DNA of 64,000 bases from positions 37,009,203 through 37,073,202 of the forward strand of contig NC_052157.1 in the NCBI RefSeq assembly GCF_902713615.1, given 5' to 3'. Positions within the stretch are counted from its first letter, which is position 1. Each line of letters begins with the position of its first letter. The stretch comes from Scyliorhinus canicula. Lineage: Eukaryota. Shown here in pieces: positions 63,089-64,000 of this stretch. A program made the position numbers and the translations under genes. A model generated the notes under the pieces. It searched no databases and was not told where the DNA came from. It saw only the letters and a program-made list of their open reading frames with translations.

Positions 63089-63794
63089 GGGCGAAATTCT
63101 CCGACCCCCAGCAAGGTCGGAGAATTGCCTGGGGGCGCCTAAAATCCCACCCCCGCCGTGGCAGAGATTCTCCGCCACCCGGGAAGTGGCGGCGGCGGAA
63201 TCTCGCCACTCCGATCGGAGAGGCCCCTGCGGTGATTCTCCGGCCCGGATGGGCCGAAGTCCCGCCGCTGGGAGGCCTCTCCCACTGCCGAGGTTTAAAC
63301 CACCTCTGGAACGGCGGGCTCAGCGGCGCGAGCAGGCCCCCGGGGTCCTGGGGGGGCGGGGGGCAATCGAACCCCGGGGGGTGTCCCCACAGCAGCCTGG
63401 CCTGCGATCGGGGCCCCCCCTCAGAGTCCGGGCCAGTGCCCTGGCTGCTCTATTTTCTTCCGCGTCCGCCGCGGCCTCCGCCATGGCGGAGGCGGAAGAG
63501 AACCCCACATTGCGCATGCGCCGACAGTGACGTCAGCGGCCAGCTGCCACTGACGTCACTGCCGGCGCATGTGCGGACCGGCGAAAGCCTTTCGGCCAGC
63601 CCCGCTGCCGGGGGCGCCGGTTTTGTGCGCTGGTTTTTTGCGCCGGTCTTCTGGTGGCAACCGCTCCGGCGCGGAGCTGGCCCCCAAAGATGGGGAGAGT
63701 TCCCCACCTTTGCGGAGGCGCGACCCCTGAGTGGTTGGCGCCACTCCCCTACTCCGGGACCCTCCGTCACGCCGGGTAGGGGAGAATGCCGCCC
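63089..63794. mobile_element. Harbinger-type MITE
   Basis: TIRs GGGCGAAATTCTCC / GGAGAATGCCGCCC; flanks ACA/GTT. Confidence 0.88.
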
Positions 63795-63875
63795 GTTCTG
63801 TGTAAAGTCCAGGCATGAAAGGCATGGAACATACGATAAATACAGTTTTGCACGACAATATTGTGTGCAGTTCTG

Positions 63876-64000
63876 GGGCGGCATTCTCCCCTACCCGGCG
63901 TGACGGAGGGTCCCGGAGTAGGGGAGTGGCGCCAACCACTCAGGGGTCGCACCTCCCCAAAGGTGGGGAATTCTCCCCACCTTTGGGGGCCAGCCCCGTG
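63876..64000. mobile_element. Harbinger-type MITE start, inverted relative to 63089-63794, runs off the window
   Basis: GGGCGGCATTCTCCCCTACCCGGCGTGACGG.. is the reverse complement of 63670-63794. Confidence 0.88.

Overview
This is non-coding, repeat-dense vertebrate genomic DNA. The SINE/LINE repertoire points to a cartilaginous fish, probably a catshark (inference). I could not recognise any intact host protein-coding gene. Main contents: (1) a degenerate two-gene PIF/Harbinger DNA transposon (~44.5-50.2 kb) with a spliced Myb/SANT-like gene on + and a HARBI1-type DDE transposase on -. (2) About 10 GC/CpG-rich, ~600-740 bp non-autonomous elements (MITEs) that share its termini, often have 3-bp TSDs, and carry arrays of NRF1-like (GCGCATGCGC) and CRE (TGACGTCA) palindromes. 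(3) A full-length frameshifted Gypsy LTR retrotransposon (24760-30225; 5-bp TSD, PBS, PPT) inside an RTE LINE, a solo LTR of the same family, and an older Gypsy remnant. (4) CR1 and L2 LINE fragments, many tRNA-derived SINEs and DeuSINE-like relics. (5) An orphan replication-dependent histone H3 pseudogene with its stem-loop. (6) A four-level nested insertion stack and a palindromic Penelope-like mini-element with hammerhead-like remnants at 57.6-62.3 kb. Candidate splice signals (a 6-nt microexon, a recursive-splice-like site) and AT-rich enhancer-like islands suggest an intron or gene desert of a large gene, but this is unproven.
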